DNA of 63,895 nucleotides, filler included, from Octopus bimaculoides (GCF_001194135.2; 6 parts of 5 records of this genome joined end to end with filler, not necessarily neighbours in it), one strand, 5' to 3'. Positions 38,521 to 51,662 are shown, counted from the first letter of the whole stretch. Numbers and translations are program-made. The notes: generated by a model not told the origin, from the letters alone.

Positions 38521-39934
38521 GAGCTTCGCTGTTTAAAGTCATACCTAACACACACACACATACACATATTTATGTGTGTATGTGTTTATGTGTGCGTTTG
38601 CATGCATATGTTTGTGCGTGGGTAGATATCTAGCAGTCTTTTCCTCTTTATATTATAGTACTTCTCCAATTTACTTTTCTTTTTCAATTCCTTTGTCATT
38701 GTTCTATTCACCCCCTTCTCTTCTGTTATAACTCTTTATTGCCTATATATATATATTCAAGTTAAGAGGAAAGCCAGCTGCAGAATATTATGATGCTGTC
38801 AGATTTTATTAAAATGCTTTGCATAGACACTCGTCTGCCCTACAATGAGTTGCAGTCAAGTTTTCGGTCACATAGATTCCATTGCAGTGGTTTTCGACGT
38901 TTATGCTTTATGCACCGTTTTCAACATACCACATCCGACCTCCAAGATTGCCTCAGTCAAAAAGTGCATTCCAAATCATGTGAATATGATATTGAATATC
39001 TTATTTTCATTGTATATTAGCACAAACGCATTTTTTTATAATGGAGTTTTTAAAATTTAATAACAATAGAAATGCTGATTGATGTTAAAACTTGAACCAA
39101 AGTAGTTTTTATATTTCTAACTAATCAATTAATAGATTGAAGTTACTGAAGCATAATTCAATAATTTTTTTAAAATTCAATAAAATGGCAGGGTATAGTA
39201 ATTCATTTTATTCTCATGAATTACAGTCAATGAGAAACTCGTGCTTGTTTTTTTCTTCAATAATTCTTGGATACATGGAAGAGTGCTCGAAAGAGCTCAA
39301 CACAGATTATTTCCAGCTTAGGTTGCTTCGTTTTCATATACAACAGACTTGAAAAGTGCATTCCAATCATGTGAATATGATATTGAATATCTTATTTTCA
39401 TTGACATAAACGAAAACTTACAAAACTATTTCGACGCAAATGTAAGCAATGCATGTACAGCTCTTTCTATTATTTTCGAGTGGAAATCACCCAGCAAGGG
39501 TCAACATTTTGTGATTGGTTTCTAATCGAACATATTATTTGCTCCTGGGTCATTCTTTAGAACGAAAAATTCATTTTAAATATCATCAGGGATTTTAAAA
39601 CTGAGAATTTGTGTTTCACATTTAATTCAACTCAGTATCCACAGGGTACGGTGTTGAATTAATGTGACCTTTTACTGAATTTTTTATTCATTAAAGTGTA
39701 CATCAGTAATTTTAATCTATTAATTACTTAGAAAAACTTACTGAGGTCAGGAAAAAGTGGGTTGAATTAATTTTCTAGTCCTGTAAATACTACAAAACTT
39801 CTTTTTTCGCAAAATGAGGAGGCCTTGAGTTTCACTACCGCACTTTCAACAGATTTTCAAATTCTATGAAAAATAAAACCTTTCTTTGAAATATCCAAGG
39901 CTTAATAGTTGTTTTCAGAAAAGATCAGAAGAGA

Positions 39935-40260
39935 AGCCATCATGACAATTCTAGACCACACACGATCTTGTAAACTCATGAAAAATTATTGGGGCTTGGT
40001 TGGGAAGTGATGTCACACCCACCATATAGCCCTGACCTTGCACCGTCAGATTACCATTTATTTCGAAGTTTGCAAAATTCTTTGAAAGGTAAAACTTTCA
40101 ATAATGATGATGACCTGAAATCGCACTTCCTTCAGTTATGGGCTGATGAGGACCAGAAATTCTTAGAGCGCAGAATCATGAAGTTGCCAGAAAGATGGCA
40201 AAAGGTCATCGAACAAAATGGAAAATATATAGTTGATTTAAGTTCATTCTTTGTATGAAC
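39935..40260 (+). mobile_element. Mariner transposase C-terminal fragment
   Basis: HHDN.RPH..LGWEVMSHPPYSPDLAPSDYHLFRSLQNSLKGK..LPERWQKVIEQNGKYI. Confidence 0.92.
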
Positions 40261-40712
40261 ATACATACATACATACATACATACATACANNNNNNNNNNN
40301 NNNNNNNNNNNNNNNNNNNNNNNNNNNNNNNNNTTAATTAATTAANNNNNNNNNNNNNNNNNNNNNNNNNNNNNNNNNNNNNNNNNNNNTAAAATAAAAA
40401 TTGTAAAAAACGTTTTAAATTGGGTTTTAGTTCTGCTTTACAGTTGGTAACAAAGAATATTTTGAAATCGAATTGTAATTTGGGGTTGGTAAACTGTATT
40501 TAATGCAGGAATTATCATGGCATTTAAATATCTGTAATTTGTTCTTGGTGTGCAATGATAGATGCTAATTGATAAAATGGTAAATGTAAGCTGAAGCTAT
40601 CATAGTTACTCATGTATAATACATGTCTGTATAATGTGTATCTCTACTTATGGCTATCAAATCCTGGGAAAATAGCTCATGTATAGTATACATATACTTT
40701 CTTTGGGGTTTT

Positions 40713-40870
40713 GGTGCATGGTTATGTGGTAAGAAGCTTGCTTTTCAACCACATGGTTCTAGATTCTGTCCCACCACGTGACACCTTGGGCAAGTGTCTT
40801 CTACTATAGCCTTGGGCTGACCAAAGCTTTGAGAGTGAATTTGTTAGATAGAAACTGAAATAAGGCCATT
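40713..40870 (+). mobile_element. SINE family A, 5' fragment
   Basis: TGTGGTAAGAAGCTTGCTT..AACCACATGGTTC..CACCTTGGGCAAGTGTCTTCTACTATAGCC. Confidence 0.8.
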
Positions 40871-41582
40871 GTATGTATGTATATATATATATGCATATGC
40901 ATATATAATATACCTTCTAGCAGTATATCCGGGTGTGACTTATTACACCTTCTACGAGAAGTCTTGCTAGGTGAAAATCAACTAAAAAAGAAAGCTTTAC
41001 AACGAAAATACACTTATGATGAAATTAATAGAGAAAGTCTGAAGGTTGTTTTGCGTAACATTATTAAGTGTACGTAGATTTCATCCGTCTAATTGGCTAT
41101 ACAAATGCTTGTGCAAAACAACTTTTTGCGCTGCCCTGATTATACATAGCAGGGTAATCCCTTTTCGCAGGAGCTAGGATGGCAATTTCTGATGAAGCAA
41201 TTGGTGGCGATCTGTTGCTACACAGTTTTGCCAGAATTCTATCAGATTGGGCAGTAGATGTTGATGCACCATTTTGCATTATGTTCAAAGTAGCTTCTGG
41301 AATGTGGTGAATTGCTGCAGTCTGTTGCTGTCTTTTTAAACCGGTTGCTTTCTTTCCTCAGCAAACTCTCTTCTTTGGAGGCATAATCTATGTATATATT
41401 AAACTGAACAGCAGAAATTATAACAGATGGCAGGGTAGGTAGTTTTCACATTTCTAATGAGATTCACTGATTTGCAATGTGTTGTCCTGTCTATATAAGC
41501 TCTGTAGTTTGTATATTTACAAAACATTGACGAACATGTAGTAAGGTAAGGTCTAGTTCTATTGTAGTGAATGCTTGTGTGT

Positions 41583-41617
<35 letters not shown>

Positions 41618-42555
41618 TTTGAGAGAGCGAGAGAGGAGAGGATGAGAGAGAGGGGGGGGGAGAAAGGAATAGAGAACGGGAGCAATGAAGAGAGAGAAAG
41701 GGAGAACGGAAGACAGTTATAAAATGGCAATGCGTGCGCGTGTTTATATAAGAAACACACATTAAATCTTATATCTATAATGTTGATGTGTGTATGTATT
41801 TATGTGTATGTTGTTGTCACAGACCACGTATGTGTGGTTGTGTGTTTTTATGTTTCTATGTTATGAAAAATATGTAAAAAAATACTAAGAGGAGACAAGG
41901 ACGCTGAACATGCAGACGGACAATATAATGAAAATATGAACGAGTCTAGTCACAAATTATCATTGCAACGTCGGCAAAAGGAGGCTAAGAGCCCCAGATT
42001 CCTTGGAAGAAAGAGCAGTGGTGCTGGCATGTGTAAGAAATGAGAAAGTGAAGCAAAGAAAAGAGATGTGGTCGAAGCAGAGAAATGACGATAAGCCACA
42101 AATGACCAGGTCACGTGGATAGTTAGAGGTAGAGGGATAGAAGAAAGCTATTAAATGGGAGAGAGGAAGAAGAACGAAGTAAGAGTGAATAAGGTAGATA
42201 GAAGGAAAGAATAGTCTTAAACCAAGTTAATCTAGGACTTTGTATGTATCACTTTCTCTCTCTCTCCCGCTTTTACTCTTACTCTCTATATTTTATGTTG
42301 AGCACGTGATCGATGTGTAAAAACGCTGGTACAGATAGAATGGAAGAAATATCAACGTTGCTAGAATCAAAAGCCAAATCTCCCTTAAATCACACAAAGT
42401 AAATGGAATTTTTAAAATCTAATTACTGCACTAGAAAGTTCACATCGAGAAAATTCCATTGATGTAAAAATTTTTACGAAAAAGTGGAAAATGTGGATTT
42501 CTATAAACTTTCAAAAAGGCTTCACACAACTTCAGCTTTATATATTAAGAAGATA

Positions 42556-42830
42556 CATCATCATCATCATCATCGTTTTAACGTCCGCTTTCCATGCTAG
42601 CATGGGTTGGACGATTTGACTGAGGACTGGTGAACCAGATGGCTACACCAGACTCCAATCTGATTTGGCAGACCTTCTACAGCTGGATGCCCTTCCTAAC
42701 GCCAACCATTCCGAGAGTGTAGTGGGTGCTTTCATGTGCCACCGGCATGAAGGCCAGTCAGGCTGTACTGGCAACAGTCATGCTCAAAATGGTGTATTTT
42801 ATGTGCCACCTGCACAGGAGCCAATAACCT
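42556..42830 (-). mobile_element. RTE LINE 3' UTR fragment with a (GAT)n tail
   Basis: Reverse complement matches 49930-50113. Confidence 0.85.
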
Positions 42831-43133
42831 CTTCCCAAGAATTGAGGTGGTTTCATGGCAAATAAGTTGAAAGGTAAGCTACTATAAATCAGCACGAACT
42901 TTCCGGACAACCCAATATATACATATATGCTTATACATATTTCGTTTTAGGATTTGGTTTGCAAGATTCTTTATGTGAGTTTGTCTGTTGATGCATATTC
43001 TGGTGTGTCTGGAGAGTCATTTTCTTTTTGTGCCTTATAATTTAACACACTCACCGGTAAAATTTCCACTTAGTCCTTATTTTTATTTTCCTAAAATTTT
43101 TGTTGCGTCTTGCAACCTTTTCAATAGTCTTGA

Positions 43134-43182
<49 letters not shown>

Positions 43183-44624
43183 TTATGTCAGTTCAATATG
43201 GTGAAAAAAATTTCATTTTTCAATTTAGTCTTTTTCTTTTTTAAATCAGAATCTTAAATTGAAACGTTATTTCAAATTTTAAGGAAGTGAATAAATGTAT
43301 ATTAAAGACTATTGTATGTAGTATTTTGTATATAATTTCATAGGACATAAATGATGTTGGCTTTGTTTGTGCATTTTATTTATAGTATGAATTTCTGTCT
43401 TGATAAAAACAAGTGATTGTTATATTGCAATTGTCAGTTATTTTCTGATTATTTCATGTCAATGATTTTGAGCTAAGTAGAATCCTTTGGAACTATTCCC
43501 ATCAACCTTCAGTATGGGAGGATGTAGAGGACATTGCTGAATGCAAACACTTTCATTGTATGTATGTCCATTTAAATACTGTTATTATTGAATACATTTG
43601 TTCTTTCAGTGGAAGTGTATTTAGTGAAGGTTGATTGTAATAATTACAGTATTTCAGGAAGAGAAGTATTTATGTATTATCCTTATTGATTAATTATTAT
43701 TTTAATCTTCACATTACATAAAGTAGTATTTTCAATAATAAAAGTGTTACATTCTGGTCTTTTTTTTTTTTCCTTTTTTTGTATTGAAAATTGATTTGGC
43801 CTTCTGTACTGAAGGCTGATGGCAGTAATTCCATGGGACACGTTTTTACCTGTGGCACCAAACATTTAATGTATTAATTACTATCATAGGAAAATGCAAC
43901 ATTAATTATAGTGATTTTTAACTCTTTGTTATATATCAATTAACTTAAACAATAGATATAACTTCTGTGATACCTTCCCAGATGTGGTGGTCCACTTTGG
44001 CTGGGGAAAAAAAAAATGGGTGACATGTACTTTGTGCACCCCTAATACTTAAGTTTAAAAATCCAGGGAAAAATGCATATTATTCACAAATAAATTAGGC
44101 AATTACATTATTAGAGTATTTCATTTATGTACATATCAGCTCACAACTAAAAGAAAGCCACCCTGTAGCTGCTTTGACTGCTAGAAATAGTAGCCATATC
44201 TCCTTTAAATCTCATACTAACCATCTTAAAATGTCATATTGTACCTATTACCTAATATATCTGGAACATAAAATGATCTGATAATTATAGCTGGATTGTT
44301 TTTGATCATATGTCTGCTTGATTAGAACTGACCTGGGAATAAGCAACTAAATTTAGTACTCATTTTATTCCAAGCTCTTTTGATAGATTGAAAATAGCAT
44401 TAGCAAAATTTGCAGAAAATTTCTAATAGGATCCTTAGTAAGAACATTTGTGCAGTGGTACCTGTTTTTATAGTTTGAAAGTTGAAATATATAGAGCATC
44501 CGGTAATGAAAAAAATAACTTCTTTAACAGGGTGAAAATGTTATGTTTGAAAAAACCCTGTTGTGTCATTAATGCTAGCATGCAGAATGGATGTCATATA
44601 TACACACATACAAATAAACATATA

Positions 44625-45045
44625 AGTACTGGCATGGCTGTGTGGTAAGAAGTTTGTTTTGCAACTATGTGATTTCAGGTTCAGCCCTATTATAAGGCAT
44701 CTTGGATGACTGTCTACTATAGTCCTGGGCTGATTAATACTTTGTGAATGGAATTGATAGATGGATACTGTATGGAAGCTTATTGTATATGTGTGTCTGT
44801 TTGTGTGCATGTGTGTGTGAATGTTGACTTTCCATAGCCTTGCTTGTCACCATCCGAGCAAAATAGTGATATGATGTTTATGTTCTTTGTTCCTTGTTGA
44901 CACTGTGACCAGTTGTTCTGCACTCTTGAAGTAAATCCCTTACCTAAAAAACAGGAAAGTGCTGGTGACAGGAAGAGCATCCAATTTTAAAATGTGCCTC
45001 AAATAAGTTCTTGTCCAGCCCATACTAGCATGCAAAAACAAAACA
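44625..45045 (+). mobile_element. CpG-decayed SINE A head joined to an RTE-type 3' tail
   Basis: GGCATGGCTGTGTGGTAAG head, then GCTGGTGACAGGAAGAGCATCCA..CCCATACTAGCATG..AACATTAAAC tail. Confidence 0.6.
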
Positions 45046-45136
45046 TTAAACAAATGAGCAACTGAATAATGTTTTAGGTCTCAGTTAAGTTAAATAACCT
45101 AACCAGTTTAATATATTGACCTAAAATATTTGTTGA

Positions 45137-45420
45137 TTATTCAGTTCTGTATTTAAGAGATGAGGAATTATGTACATTATTTACATTTGACGGATAGTTG
45201 TCCTCATCTTGTTTGTTGTTAACACAATGTTTCGGCTGATATACCCTCCAGCCTTCATCAGGTGTCTTGGGGAAATTTTGAACCTGAGTTCTCATTCTTA
45301 AGGTATTTTTTGTTGTTATTATTATTATTATTATTATCATTATGGTCACTGCCTGGAATTGAATTTGGACTTTTGGGGTTAGTAGCCTATGCTCTTAAAC
45401 ACTACGCCACGGGTACATGG
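45137..45420 (-). mobile_element. tRNA-headed SINE (family H) with a hammerhead-ribozyme-like 3' domain
   Basis: Head GTGGCGTAGTGTTTAAGAGC..CTACTAA..AATTCAATTCC (45345-45411), (TAA)n linker, then GACAC-CTGATGA-A-GGCTG..CAGCC-GAAA-CATT-GTGTT. Confidence 0.75.
45220..45266 (-). ncRNA. Minimal hammerhead ribozyme candidate inside SINE H
   Basis: Perfect CUGAUGA and GAAA core, 5-bp stem II GGCTG/CAGCC, stem I GACAC/GTGTT. Stem III reads ACAT and would be palindromic ACGT if a CpG had decayed (inference). Confidence 0.6.
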
Positions 45421-45428
45421 CATAGTGG

Positions 45429-45514
45429 TGATGAAGGCTGGAGGGTATATCAGCTGAAACATTGTGTTAACAACAAACAAGATGAGGATAAATATCCTTC
45501 AAATGTAAATAATG
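45429..45514 (+). repeat. 86-bp inverted duplicate of the SINE H ribozyme tail (partner 45175-45260)
   Basis: 4 mismatches in 86 bp. The copy starts inside the catalytic core (TGATGA) immediately beyond the SINE head. Confidence 0.92.
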
Positions 45515-45999
45515 CTATTGATTATTGTTGTGCAGTGATATTTTATTTGCTCATAAGTTGGCTTTTTGTTTTTGTTTCAGTTAACAGTTCTGCTGTAAAC
45601 AAAATGCAATTTTTTTTTTTAGTAAAGAAATATTGCTATGTCTGTGCTTATCAATATTTGTGATAATTATACAAGTCCACCACAATAAGTAAGCTTAAAT
45701 CCTTGGATGGCTATTAAAATGGAATATTCTGATAATTCAGTCTTATCTGAATAGTGCACCTCATAATACATTGAAGTAGTAGTTACTTTAAATTGTCCTG
45801 ACCATGTTTAAACATGCAGAAGGTATGCAATGCCATAATGACAGGATAATAATTGCCTCATAGACTTAGTAGACGCTGTGCAAATTATTAGAAATAGATT
45901 TCAATAATTTCATTAAACGAAGTAATTAGATTATCCAGACAGTATAAGAAGGTATTCAAAGTGTAGGAGAAATATAGAGTTTCCAAAATGCCATGAAAC

Positions 46000-46140
46000 G
46001 TCTGGTCGTAAGGAAATATTATCTTACTTGGAAATAGGTGAGAGTTGGCGATGGGAAGAGCATCCAGTTGAAGAAAATCTGCCTCAGTAAATTCCATTTG
46101 ACTCATGCTAGTGTGGAAAAGTGGATGTTAAATTGATGAT
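46000..46140 (-). mobile_element. RTE-type 3' tail fragment
   Basis: GAGCATCCAGTTGAAGAAAATCTGCCTCAG..CATGCTAGTGTGGAAAAGTGGATGTTAAA. Confidence 0.55.
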
Positions 46141-47487
46141 GCTGATTGTTTTCCAAAGTGCAAAGCTACTGGATAATTTGTTGACAGAGAAATATCAACA
46201 AATGTCACCTCTGCAAAGTACAGAATATAAACGTTCACACAGACACTCACAAGGCATTGGTTAGCCTGAAGCTATTGTAGGAGACATTTGCCCTTGGTTT
46301 CATGGAATGAGAGTGAACCTGCTAGCTGCAAAGTAAACTTCGTAGCTTAAAAATGTATAAAATAAGTAAATAAATAAATGATTGAATATATATGTAAAGC
46401 ATATGTAAAGAGCATATTTACTTAGTATTGTTAATCATATTTTTCATTTTAAAGATGACAGCTAATTTATCTTGCCTGCTATAATGCAGTTTGTTTTGGC
46501 TGAAGATTATGTTTCTTTAGTAATATTACCAGTTTTTGCTCATCATCTGTATAGATGACTGATTGATTATACTGTGGTGGTGGCTATGAGGCTAAGGTGC
46601 TCCACTACTAACAAAGTTGGACATTTAGCATGCAAACTGTCAAAGTAAGCATCAACTTGAGGTTTTTATTGTCTACTTAATCTCAGTCCTGGTTGTGGCT
46701 CCTAATTTTAGCCTTAGAGTTTGCTTTCAAAATTCTTTAACCATTGAAATGTTTGCAGTGAAAGTTCGCCTACATTTCTGTTTTGTTACATATTATGGCC
46801 TTCTGGAAAACAGGGTTTGTTTTGTTTTTTTTTCATTTGTTGAAGTATACACAAACATAAGTTGTTGGAGTGAGTTAAGTTGATACTCTGAAGTGTCAGT
46901 TGTTTGTATTTTCATTAGTTTTCTGTTTAAGTAACCAAGATACTTTATAACTCTTAATGGTTCAGTTCATATAGATGTACATAATCCCTGCCGAGAGGTT
47001 GCACTTTATTTCTGTACCATTAATGTCTCTTCACATCTTGTTGCTGTTATTGAATTGCGTTTCCCTAGTCCTTCACTCAGTTGTTTACCCAGTCCTTTCT
47101 TCTTAGAACAGCTCTTCCCTCACTTTGCATACTTTTATCTACAAGCCTCACCTGCAGGTGTTTAAACTGAACATAAATTGCATTGATCTCACCAGATGTG
47201 GTGTGTGTGTGTGGTTGTTGTGGGAAGCAAAGGTCGACCATGCCTTTGACCACCCCATATACAAAAAGAGAAAAAAGGAAGTGTTACTGTTTGATCAGCT
47301 TCTAATTATGAGATCAACTTTTGTGTACAGCTTACAGAGAGCTTGACTCTTGATATACTATGAAAATATGAAGTATTCAGTGGTATCATCACTGGACATT
47401 GCTCTCTTTCTCTTACTCTCTCCCTCCCACACATGCATGCATGCATGCATACATACATACATTACATATATTATATATATATATATA

Positions 47488-48761
47488 TTGGGTTGGCAAG
47501 TAAGTACCCGTGTTTTTTTTAAATTTAAATTTTTCAAAAGGTTTAATAAAAAATAACAACTAATTAATCAATAATGTATTCACCCTTGTTGTTTATGTCT
47601 TCCCAAAGTTCATCAAAATTTTCAATACCTCGTTGGTAGAATTCACCTGATCTTGACTTGAAAAATTGATCCAACCAAGCGCTCAATTTTGCATCAGTAT
47701 TGAATGAAACTCCATGCATAGCATTTGAAAGAGATCGAAGAGATGGAAATCCATAGGTGCCAAATCAGGAGAGTATGACGGGTGTGGCAGTACTTCCCAG
47801 CCATGTGTTTGAATGGCTTCCTTGGTCTTATAGGTGATATGAGGGCAGGCGTTGTTGTGCAGCAGCAGAACTCCATGCTGCCGATTAGGTCTTCTCTCTT
47901 GAATAGCCATGTTGAGTTGTTCCATCAGTTGGACATAGTTCCGCATTGACTGTTTATTACTGTTCAAGCAATTCGTAATGGATAATCCCTTCCCAGTCCC
48001 ACCATACACACAACATCGTTTTATGTGGATGAAGATCTTGTTTCACGCACGGTGTCGCTTGTTTACCGGGGCTAAGCTATTTCTTATGCTGCTTCATGTT
48101 GATGTACAGGCACCATTTTTCATCACCAGTAACGATTCGGTAAAGAAATTCTTGCTTGTGTCCATGAGTTGAGCAGTGACAAGCAAGCAAACCAGCGGAG
48201 ATTGTGGCTCGTTGATTTTTGTTGTCACTTAAAGCATGCGGAACCCATGCTCCATACTTCTGAACCTTTCCCATCGAGTGAAGATGCTTCTCTATAGCAC
48301 TGTGGGAGCATTCCATTTTCTCTGCCAGTTTTCTTGTCGTTTGACGAGAATTTTCGTGCAAAAGTTGGTTTAATTGCTCTTCATCGAACTCAACTGGATG
48401 GCCAGAACGAGATGCATCTTTGAGGTCAAAATTTCTATTTTTGAACTTGGCATACCAATCATGAATGGTTCTTTCAGCTATGGCACCCTCTCCATACACA
48501 GCACAAATGTCATGAGCAGCTTTTGCGGCCTTAGAACATTGATTAAAAGCAAAAAGGAGGTGTCAAAAATGCTGGTTTTTCTTAACTTGACATTCCATTT
48601 TAATGATCTGATAATAAACAAAAATTAACTTAAATAAATACAAAATAGATTCCAAAATGATTCAAAAATAAAATTCTTGAAAAAAAAAAAGATTCCAAAA
48701 TTTAAAAACTCAATAAATTCTAAGATTTAAAAAGACAGCAGGAACTTAGTTGCCAACCCAA
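47488..48761 (-). mobile_element. Full-length degenerate mariner (DD34D-type) element, ~1.27 kb
   Basis: TIRs TTGGGTTGGCAAGTAAGTACC and GGAACTTAGTTGCCAACCCAA flanked by TA. Transposase motifs WVPHAL, IVTGDEKW, LLHNNACPH and HPSYSPDLAPMDFHLF lie in shifted frames. Confidence 0.95.
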
Positions 48762-48779
48762 TATATTCATATTCATGCA

Positions 48780-48920
48780 GAAAAGTGGATGGCAAAATCA
48801 GTAGAGTGCTGAACAAAATCCTTTGTGGTTTTTGTTACATTTTGAGTTCAAATCTTGCATGGGTCTAGTTAACCTGGTCACCCTTCCAAGGTTTATAAAA
48901 TAAATACCAGTCGATAAAAT
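48780..48920 (+). mobile_element. SINE family C, diverged
   Basis: TGGCAAAATCAGTAGAGTGCTGAACAAAAT..TTTGAGTTCAAATC..ATAAATACCAGTC. Confidence 0.55.
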
Positions 48921-49229
48921 AAGTATTGTGTACCTTTATGGTTTTCAACTGCATGGTAAACATTTACAAATCCTAGTTAAAACTGAGACAGGCTCAATAA
49001 CGTTTAAATTCCAGTAACCCGTTAGTGATGGGGGTTATCGATTAACTGAATTTTTGGAATGCCTTGATAAAAGATGTCATTATCCTTATCATCATGTTCA
49101 TTTTTTTTTTTCCATGCTGCATAGTTTAAATGGGACTTTTTGAGGCAGTGTTTTACAGTTGGATGCTTTCCTGATATCAACCATTTTAGTCACCTCTTAT
49201 GACATGCAGGAATGCATACAGTGTAATCA

Positions 49230-49605
49230 TTCTGTTTTTATCTTTTACTTGCTTCAGTCATTAGACTGTGACCATGCTGGGGCACTGCCTTGAATGGTTG
49301 TAGTTGATGTTGACTTCAGTACTTATTTTTGTAAGCTTGGTACTTATTCTATCTGTCTCTTGCCAAACCACTCAGTTATAAGGACATAAACAAACCAACA
49401 CCAGTTGTCAAGTGGTGATGGTGGTGGGGTGCAAACACTAACGCAAAGACACAAACACACACACACATGATGGGCTTCCACACAGTTCTCATCTACCAAA
49501 TTTATTCACATGGCATTGATTGGTCTTGGGCTATAGTAGAAGACAGTGGTACTGAGCCCAAAACCACAAGGTTGCAAAGTTTCTCAACCAATCAACCATG
49601 CCTAT
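49230..49605 (-). mobile_element. SINE family A, CpG-decayed copy
   Basis: Collinear with 31916-32398, with systematic CG to TG/CA changes. Confidence 0.8.
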
Positions 49606-49614
49606 GAAAAGCAT

Positions 49615-50113
49615 CATTTTTAATGGAGGAGGATAGCTGCGTGAAAAAGTGCCACACCCTAACAGTTGAGGGAACCCGTGGAAGAGGTAGGCCCAGGAAG
49701 ACCTGGGCTGAGGTGGTGAGGCAAGACCTTCGTACATTGGGCCTCACCGAGGCGATGACTACTGACCGAGACCTTTGGAAATGTGCTGTGCGTGAGAAGA
49801 CCCGGCAAGCCAAGTAAGATCGTTGCCAGTGCCCCTGGACTGGTTCTTGTGCGGGTGGCACATAAAAGACACCATTTCGAGCGTGGCCGTTTTTGTGCGG
49901 GNNNNNNNNNNNNNNNNNNNNNNNNNGTGACACGTAAAAGCACCCACTACACTCTCTGAGTGGTTGGCGTTAGGAAGGGCATCCAGCTGTAGAAACTCTG
50001 CCAAATCAGACTGGAGCCTGGTGTTGCCATCCGGTTTCACCAGTCCTCAGTCAAATCGTCCAACCCATGCTAGCATGGAAAGCGGACGTTAAACGATGAT
50101 GATGATGATGATG
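49615..50113 (+). mobile_element. Young 5'-truncated RTE LINE (ORF C-terminus, 3' UTR, (GAT)n tail)
   Basis: MEEDSCVKKCHTLTVEGTRGRGRPRKTWAEVVRQDLRTLGLTEAMTTDRDLWKCAVREKTRQAK*. The UTR is shared with several tail-only copies and CpGs are intact. Confidence 0.92.
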
Positions 50114-50817
50114 ATATATATATTTCCCTTTTTTTGTGGAAATCTGTGTATTCATCTATACTGTGATATGTTATATAATGCAAATTGGAGGATATTTTCT
50201 TGAGTTATATTTAATAGAACAAATCAACTAGAAAAACCGAAATAAGGAGAATAATGCGATTTAGCAATGCTTGCAGCAGTGTCTAAGCAAAGACCCTGAT
50301 CACACAGATACCATTCTATTTTTATATTATACTTAATGAAATATACATATAAATCATACATGAAAATGTAAATTCATCATAAACTTTTATGACTCATTGA
50401 CCAATAAGAGAACCTCTACATGGTTGCTCTGCTTGCTAGACATAACAGCCAAATTTCCTGCAAATCACACCCTATGTATGTATACGTATTAAAAAGGAAG
50501 GACAACGTAGGTCTTGATGTTTCATGGTTGTGATGTCTTTGAGTAGAAGTATGGTCTATTATGAACCACAGGGGATACGATATATAATTGTATACTTCAG
50601 CATTCTGTAGATATTAAGTAGATTAAATCATACCTTTGAGTACAAGATTTGGTATCTTTTCTCCATTTAGGAAAACTGAGGTATCTAGGCATAGCAGTAT
50701 CAGTATACTGCTGGTTTGTTGATGACTAATATCTATATACTATAAAATAAATTCTGTATGATAAAATTGTAAGGATATTTATATATATATATCTCTATCC
50801 GTGTGTGTGTGTGTGTC

Positions 50818-50952
<135 letters not shown>

Positions 50953-51154
50953 GCACACTCTTAATTAGGCTAGTAATTTTCTTTATCCTATCCTTTTATT
51001 AAATGAAGATAAAAAATATTTGTGAAAGCAGTCAGGTAGGAAACTAGTTAAACTTCCTGCTATTTCTGTCAGAGACGCTCATTAGTTTCATAGAATTGTT
51101 ACTGATTATGAAGGATGGTCTTATTGATTGCTGAAGCATTTGTTAATATTTCAG

Positions 51155-51302
51155 TTGTGTGCAATTACATAACACCTGTTCGTCTACCTGTTCATTCTCA
51201 ATTGTTCATTGTCTTTTTAAATGGTTTTGTTGAAGATTCTATTGCTGTTATTGTTGTAGATAGAGCTGTGAATTGTTACAGTACTGGATTACTAACTGAA
51301 GG
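51155..51302 (+). other. Candidate plus-strand internal exon
   Basis: Acceptor GTTAATATTTCAG|, donor GG|GTAATG, one open frame VCNYITPVRLPVHSQLFIVFLNGFVEDSIAVIVVDRAVNCYSTGLLTE. No recognisable homology. Confidence 0.15.
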
Positions 51303-51499
51303 GTAATGGGATTTTTATACTGTCAATGATGCTGTCCTATTATTGGCCAGCACCATTGGCAGTAACATTCAGTACTAAAGTGATAGCATACTTGATATAG
51401 TAAACCAAATAATTGTAATTTAGTAAAATTTTATCATTAATAATGGTTTTAAAATTTGGCAGAAGGCCAGCAGTTTCCATAGGAGAAGGTTAGTTAATT

Positions 51500-51662
51500 A
51501 CATTGACCCCAATATTGAACTGATACTTATTTCATTGACCACAAAAGGATGAAAAGCAAAGTTGGCCTCTACTGAATTTGAACTCAGAATATAAAGAACT
51601 GGAAGAAGTGCCACTAAGCATTTTGTCTGTTGTGCTAACTATTCTGCCAGCTTGTCGCTTTA
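51500..51662 (-). mobile_element. SINE family C, CpG-decayed
   Basis: TTGACC.CAAAAGGATGAAAAGCAAAGTTGGCCT..GAATTTGAACTCAGAA. Confidence 0.75.

Noticed and set aside
47050-47095. Minus-strand CTGAGTGAAGG..GGGAAACGC hammerhead-like string
   Set aside because: No convincing stem I or stem II pairing.
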